Shown in pieces: positions 28,457-40,125 of a stretch of DNA of 64,000 bases. The notes under the pieces are model-generated. The model worked only from the letters and a program-made list of their open reading frames with translations, did not search any database and was not told the DNA's origin. The position numbers and the translations under genes were made by a program. The DNA is from Octopus sinensis (Eukaryota), in contig NC_043005.1 in assembly GCF_006345805.1 (NCBI RefSeq), forward strand, positions 65,658,001 through 65,722,000, read 5' to 3'. Numbering within the stretch: position 1 is the stretch's first letter; every line of letters begins with the position of its first letter.

Positions 28457-28996
28457 GAGTGAGCGGGCAGCGTATGTCATCAAAGTGACAATGGGGTACA
28501 AATATACGAAGCCCATTACACCCATCATGACTACCCGTCTGATAAGAGTGCACCAGGCATATGCATCACAACCATATATGCGTGACATGGTGATCTCATA
28601 TCAAGATGCATAGCACATGACCTTGCAGTTGGAACGAATCCCTGTTAGAATTTTTTTTCAGGTCGAGTAGCCCAACCCATCCAAAAGGTCCTTGAATAAG
28701 GATTGTCTAAGGATGATGAACGAAACACCCATGTTTCCAGGGGTAAATTATTCAAACCTCAAACAATTCCTCTCCACACATGTTTATGGTGCCCTCTCAA
28801 TACTGCTCATGACCAGAGACGCACATATAGCCAGCCACTCAGAGACATGCTCAACTGGTTAAAGTCAAGCAACTGACAAGTAAATCTGTGATATCGACCA
28901 GAACATTTGTCGTAGCTCGTATTTTTATACCAAGACAAAACATGCACCTAACATTTCCAATCAGTTGAGATCAAAAGCCATGAGAGTTACTACCTG

Positions 28997-28998
<2 letters not shown>
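27697..28998 (-). mobile_element. Family D element, two tandem copies (27697-28238, 28457-28998)
   Basis: Apparently identical ~540-bp units with a 760-bp period, separated by (ATT/ATC)n. Confidence 0.85.
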
Positions 28999-29095
<97 letters not shown>

Positions 29096-29103
29096 AATAA
29101 TCA

Positions 29104-29154
<51 letters not shown>

Positions 29155-29156
<2 letters not shown>

Positions 29157-29950
29157 TAGTTTTATTTTTATAGCGTGCTTTCACTTCACTACCGAGCGCA
29201 GCTCTGTGTGCCTTGGGTATGTGCTGTGATTTGTTGTGATGCTCTGATGGTTATTGTATGGAAAGTGTTCTGCGTAGGATGTGTGCAGTGCCTAGTAGTG
29301 CAATTTTCTGTATGTTATATGTTTGTAAGTCCTGGTGTTTTTGTTATGTATTTGTCTGAATCCTGGTGTATTTTTTTCTTTTAGATGTTCTATTTCTATT
29401 TCTGATATTTTTTTTTGTGTTGAGAATGTATCTTCGTACGTTAGCTAATTTATTAGGGTTCATTGCTGTATCCAAGTCTATATCTCTATTATTTTCCTTC
29501 CATATTTTATATGTATGTGTTGTTGTATTTTCATTTTTTGGGTAGAGCACTGCTGTGAAGTATGCGTGTAAGATAGAAATGTATTCCTCACGTGTCCATT
29601 TACGTCTTTTGGGTTTTATTTGTGGGACATGAGGTACAACGTCCGGCCCATTATTTTGACGGTCGTCATTTTCGTAGGGTACCGGTCCGTTTATTTCTGT
29701 TGTCACATTATTTCGCACGTGTAGTTTTTCGTACATTTTTTGTTGTAAGTTTAATGTACGTACCGCTCGATTGTTATTCTTGGGTTGAATAGTATCGGTG
29801 GCATTTAATTTCTTCGTAGTTCCTTTGTACATGGTGTTTGGGGTCGGGGATGATCGTGATGTTCCACGCATGTTTACATGTGTTGTGTTAGAGGTGGAGA
29901 TGATATCGAGTCAAAATACATCATTTCGTTTCGAAAATAGTAATAAATTT
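29155..29950 (-). mobile_element. Internally deleted R4/Dong-like element
   Basis: The N-terminal Myb-like KRRKWTREEYISILHAYF...NKLANVRRYIL is joined to the C-terminal NIQKIALLGTAHILRRTLSIQ*, followed by a 3' UTR and (AAT)n. Confidence 0.7.
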
Positions 29951-30049
29951 CAATTAGTATTACTTACTCGGATACAGTCCAATTCTTTGTTAGTAAATCT
30001 TTGGCTCCATTATTTTGGCTTGACTTGGGTTCTGTGTTATTCTTAGTAG

Positions 30050-30430
30050 GATTTATGTGGCTAGCGGGTCACTACCTGTAACCTTAGGTATTCAGTGATC
30101 TTTCAAATGCTTAGCGCTCTCCTGATAATCCTAGCTATTCCTAAAAGAGAAACTTTCTGAAGGAGCTCTACCTGGCATTCTGTTCCAATCTCCTTCGGGC
30201 ATTTGTCTATATCTTTGTTTACTGTTCCAAACGCACCAATTATTATAGGCACGACCTTTATTGTTCTCATGCTTCAAATTTTTCCAATTTCCAATTTTAA
30301 GGGATTGTATATTTTTTGTTTTTCACCCTCTGTCTTTACGATCCTGGAATCAAACAGGCATGATGGGTCGATCAGTAAGCAACTTCACTCTTCTTTCTCT
30401 ATAATTGTTATGCCCGGTGTATTATTTTCT
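30050..30430 (-). mobile_element. RLE-type non-LTR retrotransposon, 3' fragment
   Basis: CLLIDPSC, KVVPIIIGAFGTV and LLQKVSLLGIARIIRRALSI*. Confidence 0.7.
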
Positions 30431-30779
30431 AATTTCTTGTAGTTACTCCCGTAAATAATTTTTATAATCAACTGTTACAGTCGCACCAATCCCTAGTTCA
30501 TTCTTACAAAACCTACTTGTCAACTCTTTGACCCAACTGTAGAGAAATAAAATTAAACTTCTAAGTGGAAGGGTTCCCCCTTCCAACCAAGTACCTCTCC
30601 TACCGATCACAGACTCTCGATACTTTCTCCAAAATAATTAATGAAGCGGAGAAGCCATGACAGCAAACGGTTTCGAATTCCACTATGAAGACAGTGGTTT
30701 AAAATTCATTGGCTAAAAATAACTCAAATGCGTCTTTGTTGCAAATTTTCCAAAATAATGAATACCCTATTCGTTATTA

Positions 30780-32010
30780 GCATACAGAAATACATCAAAG
30801 TACATTTTTGGGAAAATTTTCTGATTAAAATTTGTGGTTTGAAGAAAACGAAGACCCAGAGCAGCTTGATGTTATGGTAAACAGTCAACGGCTTTCGAGG
30901 GCGTAAAGATTAAAGTCGTATTTGAGAAAAGCTTTGCCGACATAGAGGACTGGAAGCCATCTGAATATCGAAAAAGAATTACTTGTATCATGAGGATTCG
31001 CGCTGGATATTAAAATTCCGATATCATGACTGCTGCTCAATGCTCTGCGAAGACTGTAAAGTCTGTATGACATGACATGGACAGCTGCAACGGAAATTTC
31101 GAAGCCATAGCCAGCAGGAAGAGACACAGCAAGTGTTCTGACTGCGTCCACACGTTGGGATTTTTCTCAAATGCAAGACAAAGTGATGAAAGATTCGAGC
31201 AAAGGATTCTGAGCTTTGGTGAAAGAGATGAGTGTTAAAGTTGCCACCATGAAGCTGGTCCTAAACGAGGACCTTTGCTACCACTTGTATAAGAGACACA
31301 ATGGATAAATTCTGACAGCCAAGGTCAAGGAGAACCGCTTGACAAAGGCGAAGAAGTACCTAAACAATCTGAGCATCCTGTTGAGCAAGGGCTGATCTGG
31401 TTCTTCTCAGATGAAAATAGTTTCTACTAGGACAAGTTGCACAACACAACGAACTGTAGGTGACCTGCCTACAATCTATGTGATGTCCCACGTATCATGA
31501 AAGTTCTCCTAAACTGTAATGATATTTATGTGTGTCTCCAATAATGATGACATCATGCCACTCCACGGCTTTAAACAGGGCCTTAGACTCAATTCAGACG
31601 GCGATGTGAAGTAGATGGAAACTATGGTCAAACTCTGGCTGGAGAGGATTTCTGTTGGTAGGCTATATGTGTAGCAGCAGGATTAGGTTCCTTGTCATAA
31701 TTCCAGAAAGCGTCAGAAAGAGTTATCGGAGAATTTCTACGATTTCGTCAGCCCAATTTCAGACCTTTTAAAACTCCCAATTGTAATCTCATTGATTATT
31801 ATGCATGGGGCGCAGTTGAGAAAGACACCAACCACTTTGCCTGAAACTGCAAGGCCGAGCTAGTGTCCCCCATCAAGAAGGTATTTGAAGATCTTCCCAG
31901 GAACACGGTGAGGAAAACTTGCACCAGGTTCCAAGAGCCGTCTTGAGGGCGTGGTGGAAGCTGAGGGCGACTACTTTGAATAAACTGTTATATCCCAGCC
32001 ATAATCTAGT
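30780..32010 (+). mobile_element. Tc1/mariner element (DD37D/maT-like), degenerate
   Basis: WFFSDE, degenerate QQDSAPCH, PNCNLIDYYAWGAVEK and a terminal ...VVEAEGDYFE*. Confidence 0.75.
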
Positions 32011-32053
32011 TGACATTTTTTCATTTTTTTAAAGTTTTTATTTTGGATAGGAT

Positions 32054-32263
32054 TTCTTTTATTTCTTTTACTTGTTTCAGTCATTTGACTACGGCTATGT
32101 TGCAGCACCGCCTTTTAGTCAAACAAATCGACCCCAGGACTTGTTCTTTGTAAACCTAGTACTTATTCTATCGATCTCTTGTGCCGAACTGCTAGTTAAC
32201 AGGGACGTAAACGCGCCAACATCAGTTGTCAAGCGATGGTGGGGGACAAACACAGACACACAA

Positions 32264-32343
<80 letters not shown>

Positions 32344-32356
32344 GTGTGTGTGTGTG

Positions 32357-32403
<47 letters not shown>

Positions 32404-32528
32404 CGACGGGCTTCTTTCAGTTTTCATCTACCAAATCCGCCTCGAAAGGCTTTGATACCACGCAGTGGGACTGAACCCGGAACCATGTGGTTGGGAAGCA
32501 AGTTTCTTGCCATACACCCACTCCTGCG
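32054..32528 (-). mobile_element. SINE family B with internal deletion
   Basis: Homologous to the other B copies. Confidence 0.8.
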
Positions 32529-32949
32529 CTAATTGTAATAGGGGATATTGTGTTTTCTTTTACTTTTATGCAAACTTCCAATTTAGCCCGAACATCCTGT
32601 ACTTCATCGACCTCCGAAAGGGTGGAAGTCAAAGGCGACCTCGCGGAATTCGAACTCAGAACATAAAGAGCCCAAAGAAATGTCACTAAGATACTTCGGT
32701 CCACCAAAATTTGTTTTCTGGGGGTGACTAGGGAACTATCGAAGAAGTCACCATCAGTTTTTCATGACCACAAAATGAATTTCCTAAACAACCTCAGTTA
32801 AATATTGTGAAAATAATTTCAAAATAATTAATTTAGACTTGAAGAAGAAAGTAGCAGGTATAAGGAATAAACTGCCTGCTGACCCTTCTAATCTGTTATT
32901 CACACTCACAAACAAGTGTATCTCTTCTGTCCTTAGAAAGCAATATAAG

Positions 32950-35600
32950 ATTACAGTTACAGGTATCATACCCATTGAGACTGTTCCCCCGAGGAGGATA
33001 AGAAGTTCACATGACTAGGAACAACATGAGACAAACTAAATTGGAGTGGATTCGCCTACGAATATATACTATGTATATGGGCAACGTGAATATATACGTT
33101 GCAGATATTAAACAACTAAAAACACCACTGCAGATGGTACATGGATTTACAAGAGAAATTGAAATGAGTTTCGAATTTCAATAAAATATGCTGCGGCAAC
33201 CTTGAAGATATGAAAAGTTAATCAGAACTCATAGTGATTTGTAAAGAAACATGAGATAAGAGATTTTGACCAGACAACGGCATATAATAACTTAAGAATC
33301 AATACACCAGAAAATGTTAAATACATACAAATGAAATATAAGGTTAAATGAAAGAATATTATAAATACATTAGGTTAATACTTAAAACAGTAAAGTGCGT
33401 AAAATGCAATAACAGGCATCAATATTCTAGTTGTCCCAATATTGCTATGATAAAGCGATAGCAAGAAACTGCCTACCTTTCAAATACCTGAGAAGGCTGA
33501 ACGGTTGAAGGTAACCAAGGAAAACTTGCAACACTAGCTAAGAAGTACAGGCCTCTAAGCTGAAACTGAAGGATTCTTATTGCTTACCACAGCTGATCTC
33601 CTTTGCTTTTTCTCTCTTTTCAGCATTTCTAGCTTTCAAGCTTTTCCAGTTCCTCTAAGAAAAACAGTCTCAAATGACTTCTACTACCACATAACAATGC
33701 CGTCAGGAGCGAACCTGTAATAACAGTTCATAACAAATTGTTGTCACTTAAGTAACAGTGAAACCCGTCCTGCTGTGCGAGAGATCTTCACCTGAGAATA
33801 CAGTCTCTTTACTGCAATTATGATTTAAAATATTATCTAAAATTATACTCATAAAGAAGATTATGGTATTAACGTGACACATCCGGTGGTTGTATCACTT
33901 TAACACTACAGTTTTATCAGAAAAATCAAATCACGAAATGATAATAGCTATCCCCGCTGGAGTTGGAAGAAATTGTCGAAATAGTGAATGATGGAGAATA
34001 TGGCCATGTAGAAGGGAAAATTGAACAAGAAATAGCAATGAATCATCAGAAAGAAAACAGCTGTAGTGAAAGTGAAAGTAAGTTTTACTCCGCTGTAAAA
34101 AGGATATTACAGAAGGAAGGAACTTAATCCAACATTTACTTGAGACACAGATTAAGGATGAAACGAGATTATCAGTTCTGAAAGGAATTGAAGCTGGAAA
34201 CAGTGTAAAAAGAAGTAAAGATCTCTCTCTATATAAACGGCAGTTTGTCTGTGCGTTTTCTGTGTGTCTGTTTTCTCGTACCCTCACTCTGACCACGGCT
34301 TTCAACCGATTCTGATGAAACTTGACACACACATAGCCCAATGTCATAATTCAAAACTAACGCAGCGAAAATTTTGAAAAGTTCCCCCAGTTCTGAAAAA
34401 AATCGATAAATTCGACATGGGGTCGAGAATCAGAAACCCAAACCACAGACCGTCTAGGGGACGCAACTCCACCTTTTTTAACTCCCAAAAAAAAAATTTA
34501 CCATCATTTTTTTTCCATTTTTTTGCTATTTTTTGGCTATAACTCTCTAAAAATGCTTTATAGTTATTTCCCTTACAAACCTGAGCAACGCCGGGCGATA
34601 CTGCTAGTAATGAATAAATCTTTAACGAAAATTAAAGTTGAGAATGAAGAATATAGCAGGTGCAAGTGAACTCCATATAAAACGCAGCCTCGGTTGCTGT
34701 AGGAATTCTTGGGGTTAATTATTAAGCAGAAAATAAGGGCTAAAACACATGGAAACTTAAAAATTATGCTAAGCAGCTTAATAGCGATCTTGGAAGGATG
34801 TTTACTATGAGTGGAGAATAAGGTAGAGAAAAGAGAGAGGAGCGAGCTCCAAAGAAATGACTGATATTGTACACAGGATTACAAGTTGCTTAAGGGATAA
34901 GACAAAAAGGTTAAAGCAAAGTCCGATTAAAAATTAAAAGAATTAATCAGAAGAGGTTCTTCAGAAACAATGAAAGGAAGTTTTACTAACAGTTGAACAA
35001 TAAAGATGGGTGTAAGGAGAATTATACACCAAATGCAGAAGCAGCAAGAAGAAAAGATGTTCAACACAGCAATATCACTGAAATTTGAAAAGGAAATGGA
35101 AAATAGGCCAAGATAACAGAGTATAAATATTACTGAAGAAAAACTGAAAAAGTCATTTTAAAAATATCAAACTGGAAAACTTCTGAACCTGATGGTGTGT
35201 GTACAGGGATTCTAATTCAAAAATCTCACAAACATTCGCGGCTATATACAACCGTTTACTGATTGCATAGGAATGGTACACTAATATGGATTGCAAATAG
35301 AAGAACAGTGTCAATGCAGAAGGATAAAGAAAAATAAAAGATCTATTACATGCTTACCATTTCTCTGGAAATTACTAACTAGTTTCAGAGCAGATGAATT
35401 GTATAACTTTTTAAACTTAACGATCTATTACCGGAAGAGGAAAATTGACACAGAAGGAAATCTGCTCATAGCACGATACAGTAATGTACAAATAAAATAG
35501 AACTTAGCAGTTGGTTGAATAGACTATTATTAATATAAGGATATAATTATGTTTTTAAAGTGAACAATGACAGACTTACAAGAACTGAATAAAAGACTAA
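32950..35600 (+). mobile_element. Highly degenerate R4/NeSL-type reverse transcriptase fragments
   Basis: YMGNVNIY (YMDD-like) near 33070, AETEGFL near 33570, and WKTSEPDG and SITCLPFLWKLLTS near 35170-35390. The pieces are out of order and interrupted by a Helitron. Confidence 0.55.
34222..34607 (+). mobile_element. Non-autonomous Helitron (386 bp)
   Basis: A|TCTCTCTCTATATAAA...GCAACGCCGGG...CTAG|T. The 3' motif is shared with the 10711 Helitron. Confidence 0.75.
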
Positions 35601-35670
35601 GAACTTGCTCACATGTATATGTATGCACATGCATAGGTGTATATAAATATGTATGTGTATGTATGAGTGT

Positions 35671-35702
<32 letters not shown>

Positions 35703-35802
35703 ATATATGTGTGTGTGTAGAGAGAGAGAGAGAAATAGAGAAGTAAATGGATATATATATGTGTGTGTGTGTGTATGTGTGTGTGTGTGTGTGTGTATAT
35801 AT

Positions 35803-36000
35803 TACTCTTTTACTCTTTTACCCGTTTCAGCCATTTGACTGCGGCCATGCTGGAGCACCGCCTTTTAATCGAGCAACTCGACCCCAGGATTTATTCTTTT
35901 GTAAGCCCAGTACTTATTCTATCGGTCTCTTTTGCCGAACCGCTAAGTAACGGGGCCGTAAACGCACCAGCATCGGTTGTCAAGCAATGCTAGGGGGACA

Positions 36001-36057
<57 letters not shown>

Positions 36058-36156
36058 TACGACAGGCTTCTTTCAGTTTCCGTCTACCAAATCCACTCAC
36101 AAGGCATTGGTCGGCCCGGGGCTATAGCAGAAGACACTTGCCCAAGATGCCACGCA
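35803..36156 (-). mobile_element. SINE family B, 5'-truncated
   Basis: Tail, microsatellite and core are present. The head is absent. Confidence 0.8.
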
Positions 36157-36342
36157 TATAAAGTGGTTTGGAATTTAACTGTCTTCTCTAGCGTGTATGT
36201 AGTCCTATGATGGATACCTCTTATGTGTTTAAATGTACACTGTATTTATATGAATAATATATAGTCTACTGCCTAAATTTTTACATGCTAGGCCACTGGT
36301 AATGAAAATTTCTAATATTTCAGATTACCCTTTGATTATTAT

Positions 36343-36394
<52 letters not shown>

Positions 36395-36399
36395 CATGC

Positions 36400-36430
<31 letters not shown>

Positions 36431-36872
36431 TGTATGTATGTATGTATGTATGTATGTATGTATGTATACTACGTGATAGCCTAACTGTATATATGTATAT
36501 GTATATTACAGCAGTATCGGCGCCAAGCAATGTTTAGGCATAAGCGAACTTTAGGCTAGTTAAGTTTTAGGTTAGTTTGCGACATATCTCAAGTTCCAGA
36601 GGCAAATTCACTGCAATTACTGTGCACAAAAAATTCTCTCTTATGGTGAGAATGTGTAAAATCACTATATCTGTCCAATGCATCCCCTTATCAGATTCCC
36701 GGACGCTGTGTTTTTACATGTTTAGCCGTTACGAACGCGAAATACCGAAGACAGTCTTATTAAAGCCGTTGCTTTAATTAAAATACGGTCAGCAATATTG
36801 CACCATTCGACCGCGGGGTCGGAAACTAACTTTCTTCCTACACCTCAATCCCTGGATCTTACATTTATATAA

Positions 36873-36912
<40 letters not shown>

Positions 36913-37628
36913 TGTGTGTGCGCGCGCGCTACGATTCGAAGCGATTATATTTTCGTTTTGGGAGATGAAGTTTGCTGGTTTATATAAAAGGTATAATTGT
37001 TATACTGGACTAATTTCTATGAAGTTTGGTAGCTGGATGAAATAAAGTTACATGATTGGATTTAGAAACAACAAAAAAATGAGTTAAATGCTGCGGGATT
37101 TATTTTTGATTTTTTAGATATCTTACTTTAGAACATTCAATATGATGCATAGAAGACAGCATAATACTTTTCAATCCACTGAAGTCCGACGCTCCAGGAG
37201 TCGAAGGGCTAGGAAAATATAAGAAGAAAGCAGGACAGACTCCCATCTTATAGGCAACGAATTGCCGTGGAGACACAAGAACAACGAGAAGTAAAACTTC
37301 AGTTTGAAACAACCAGGCAAGCCGGCTTGAAGGAACAAAATACACCAGAGCTGAAACGACGGATAATGGAGTCTCAAGTCGATAGACAAACCAGCTTGAG
37401 CAAACACGAGACACCAGAGCAGAACTCACGGAGTTTGGAGTTTGGAGCCGATAGAAAAACCCGCTTAATAGAACAGATGTTAACAGAACAACCTCATTAC
37501 ATAATTCCAGATACGAAATTTGTAGCAAATGTAAAACACCACTCTCCCCGGATTGAGCAGCTGAAAACTGGACGCTAAATTGTCTAACCAGATAAAATAT
37601 TTTCACTTGTATATTATAATTGGAGGAT

Positions 37629-38011
37629 GGAGGCGCAATGGCCCAGTGGTTAGGGCAGCGGACTCGCGGTCATAGGATCGCGGTTTCGATTCCCAGACCG
37701 AGCGTTGTGAGTGCTTATTGAGCGAAAACACCTAAAGCTCCACGAGGCTCCGGTAGGGGATGGTGGTGATCCCTGCTGTACTCCTTCACCACAACTTTCT
37801 CTCACTCTTACTTTCTGTTTCTGTTGTACCTGTATTTCAAAGGGCCGGCCTTGTCACTCTCTGTGTCACGCTGAATATCCTAGAGAACTACGTTAAGGGT
37901 ACACGTGTCTGTGGGAGTGCTCAGCCACTTACACGTTAATTTCACGAGCAGGCTGTTCCGTTGATTCGGATCAACCGGAACCCTCGTCTTCGTAACCGAC
38001 GGAGTGCTTCC
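37629..38011 (+). mobile_element. SINE family A, full length
   Basis: High identity to the 21028 copy. Confidence 0.9.
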
Positions 38012-38097
38012 ATCCCATACCATAATTGTTTCCGATATAACATGCTTCCACCTTACCATGAACTACATTGCATCTTCTGACATGCTTTAGTTATTCG

Positions 38098-38201
38098 TAT
38101 GAAGTGCAGTGTCATATGAAGTGCAGTGTCATATGAAGTGCAGTGTCATATGAAGTGCAGTGTCATATGAAGTGCAGTGTCATATGAAGTGCAGTGTCAT
38201 A
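38098..38201 (+). repeat. 17-bp minisatellite, 6 perfect copies (GAAGTGCAGTGTCATAT)
   Basis: Units start at 38101, 38118, 38135, 38152, 38169 and 38186. Confidence 0.95.
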
Positions 38202-39434
38202 ATCTACACATGTTCTATTCCCTCAGTATATTTCCGTATGAGTATAAATTCTGATAGTGAATACGGAGAATTATGGCATCCTTTTCTTTTTCTTTTTTGT
38301 GCCTCCTATCTGTTTTGTGGATATGTTTCCTCTGTTTTTCTAACGATTCTTCTGGAGGAAGACTCTGTTGAGATCGACTCGGTTGTTTTCTCTTAAACAA
38401 CTACAAGACGACTGCTACGTGAAAATCATAGACTAGAAGGATGATGTACTGGAGAGAGAGAAAAAACTGGGAAAGATTGGGGATGACGAGAGTAGGTGAG
38501 GTTGTGTATTTTAAAAACCTCCAAATACTTTTTTATGTTCTTTGTATGTGCATTATATGTTTGTATTAGTGAGTGCGATGGGTGGTAATTTTCCAAGTGG
38601 TAAAATGAAAGATATTGGATTTATTAAGTGTTACTCTAAATTTTGGAGCCTAGTTTCTAGTTGATGGATGTAAGGTTGGAGAATTTGTGCGATTGTATAT
38701 ATAAAATGTAGAAGAATGTTAGTGAGATGTCATCTACAAATGAAGCTGTGTGTGTGAAGGTCGTGTAGATGTAGGTCAAATGAATTGGTAAGAGAACAGG
38801 CCCATGTGTCTCATGCAGGAAACTGTCATTATTCTATTTTGCTTCTTGAATTGATCAATATTTTAATTTAAAGTGGGCAATCGGAAATGGAATCAAAAGC
38901 TTTGTGAATGTCGATGTTAGATAAAGTATTGGGGTTGGAGTGAGGTTGTTGTTATTATTGAAGCCATCGTGTTTTAGTGTAATATTTGTTAGTGATTTGA
39001 ATAGGATAGATTCTGCTATAATTTTTAACGTCAACATAAAATGGTGATATATATGTATGGTGCTACTTCAGCTAGGCTTTTGATGGGATGTGGGAAAGTT
39101 GCCCAGCAAGATTCGAACTAGGAGATGCAACTAAACACCAAAAGGTGCTATACCCACTTCTATCACTTCCTGATTCTCACACAACCATAATAACGAGTGC
39201 TAACATGTGAAGAAGCCACAAATGCTTCAAGGAAATTTGTAGCCCATTTTATCGAACCCACAAACGTAACTTATTAATCTCGAATATTTGAAACTCAACC
39301 ATTGAATGTTTTAAGTGCAGTTACGTTCAAGGGTATCACTTAGAATTGCAACACTACCATTTCTGCTGTTCCACCCTTTGCCTTAATAGCACACTGATTT
39401 GCGCCAAGGAATATAATGTCTGGTTTTCAATTAA

Positions 39435-39493
<59 letters not shown>

Positions 39494-39495
<2 letters not shown>

Positions 39496-39598
39496 TGCCT
39501 GGTGTACCCTTATCAGAACGGGTAGTCATGATGGGTATATTGGGCTTCGTATATTTTACCCCAGTGTCACTTTGATGGCATGAACTGCTCTCTCATTC
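39494..39598 (+). mobile_element. Family D, 3' fragment within (AAT)n
   Basis: Matches the terminal ~105 nt of family D. Confidence 0.8.
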
Positions 39599-39629
39599 AA
39601 TAATAATAATAAAAATAATAATAATAATG

Positions 39630-40125
39630 AAATTATTGTATACAGTGCTCAGGTGCACCACAACTTGTCAGAAAGTGCGTATAAAGCATATGCAATAATG
39701 TACAAATGTCTGGGAAGTGAACAGTGTATGAGTCAGATACATGCTTGCGTGTGTATGGAGGGGAGAAAATCAGGTGTGGTGTTGGCGAATCTCAGGAAGC
39801 ATGGAAGTTTTGAAGGATGCAGTGCTCCGACAACTAACAACTGATGCCGGCAGCTTGTTCCATGCTTCAGCAACTCTTAGCGTGAAAAAATATTTCCGAA
39901 AGTCATGGGAGCTGTGCTGTTTTCTGACTTTGTAAACATGTCCACGGGTGTTAAACAGATAGAGTTTGAAAAGGTGCTCAGAGTTATTGTTTGTAAGATA
40001 GTTAATAATTTTATGGGTGTCTGCCAAGTCAGCTGCCAGACGTCGGAGTTTCAATGTATCCATGCCCAGGGAAGTAAGACGTTCAGAATATGGCAAATGC
40101 CTGATGGAGGGTATTCTCATATGGG
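39630..40125 (-). mobile_element. CR1-clade LINE, 5'-truncated 3' end
   Basis: YSERLTSLGMDTLKLRRLAADL...NTRGHVYK...FRKYFFTLRVAEAWNKLP...SFK is a typical CR1 ORF2 C-terminus. Confidence 0.85.
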
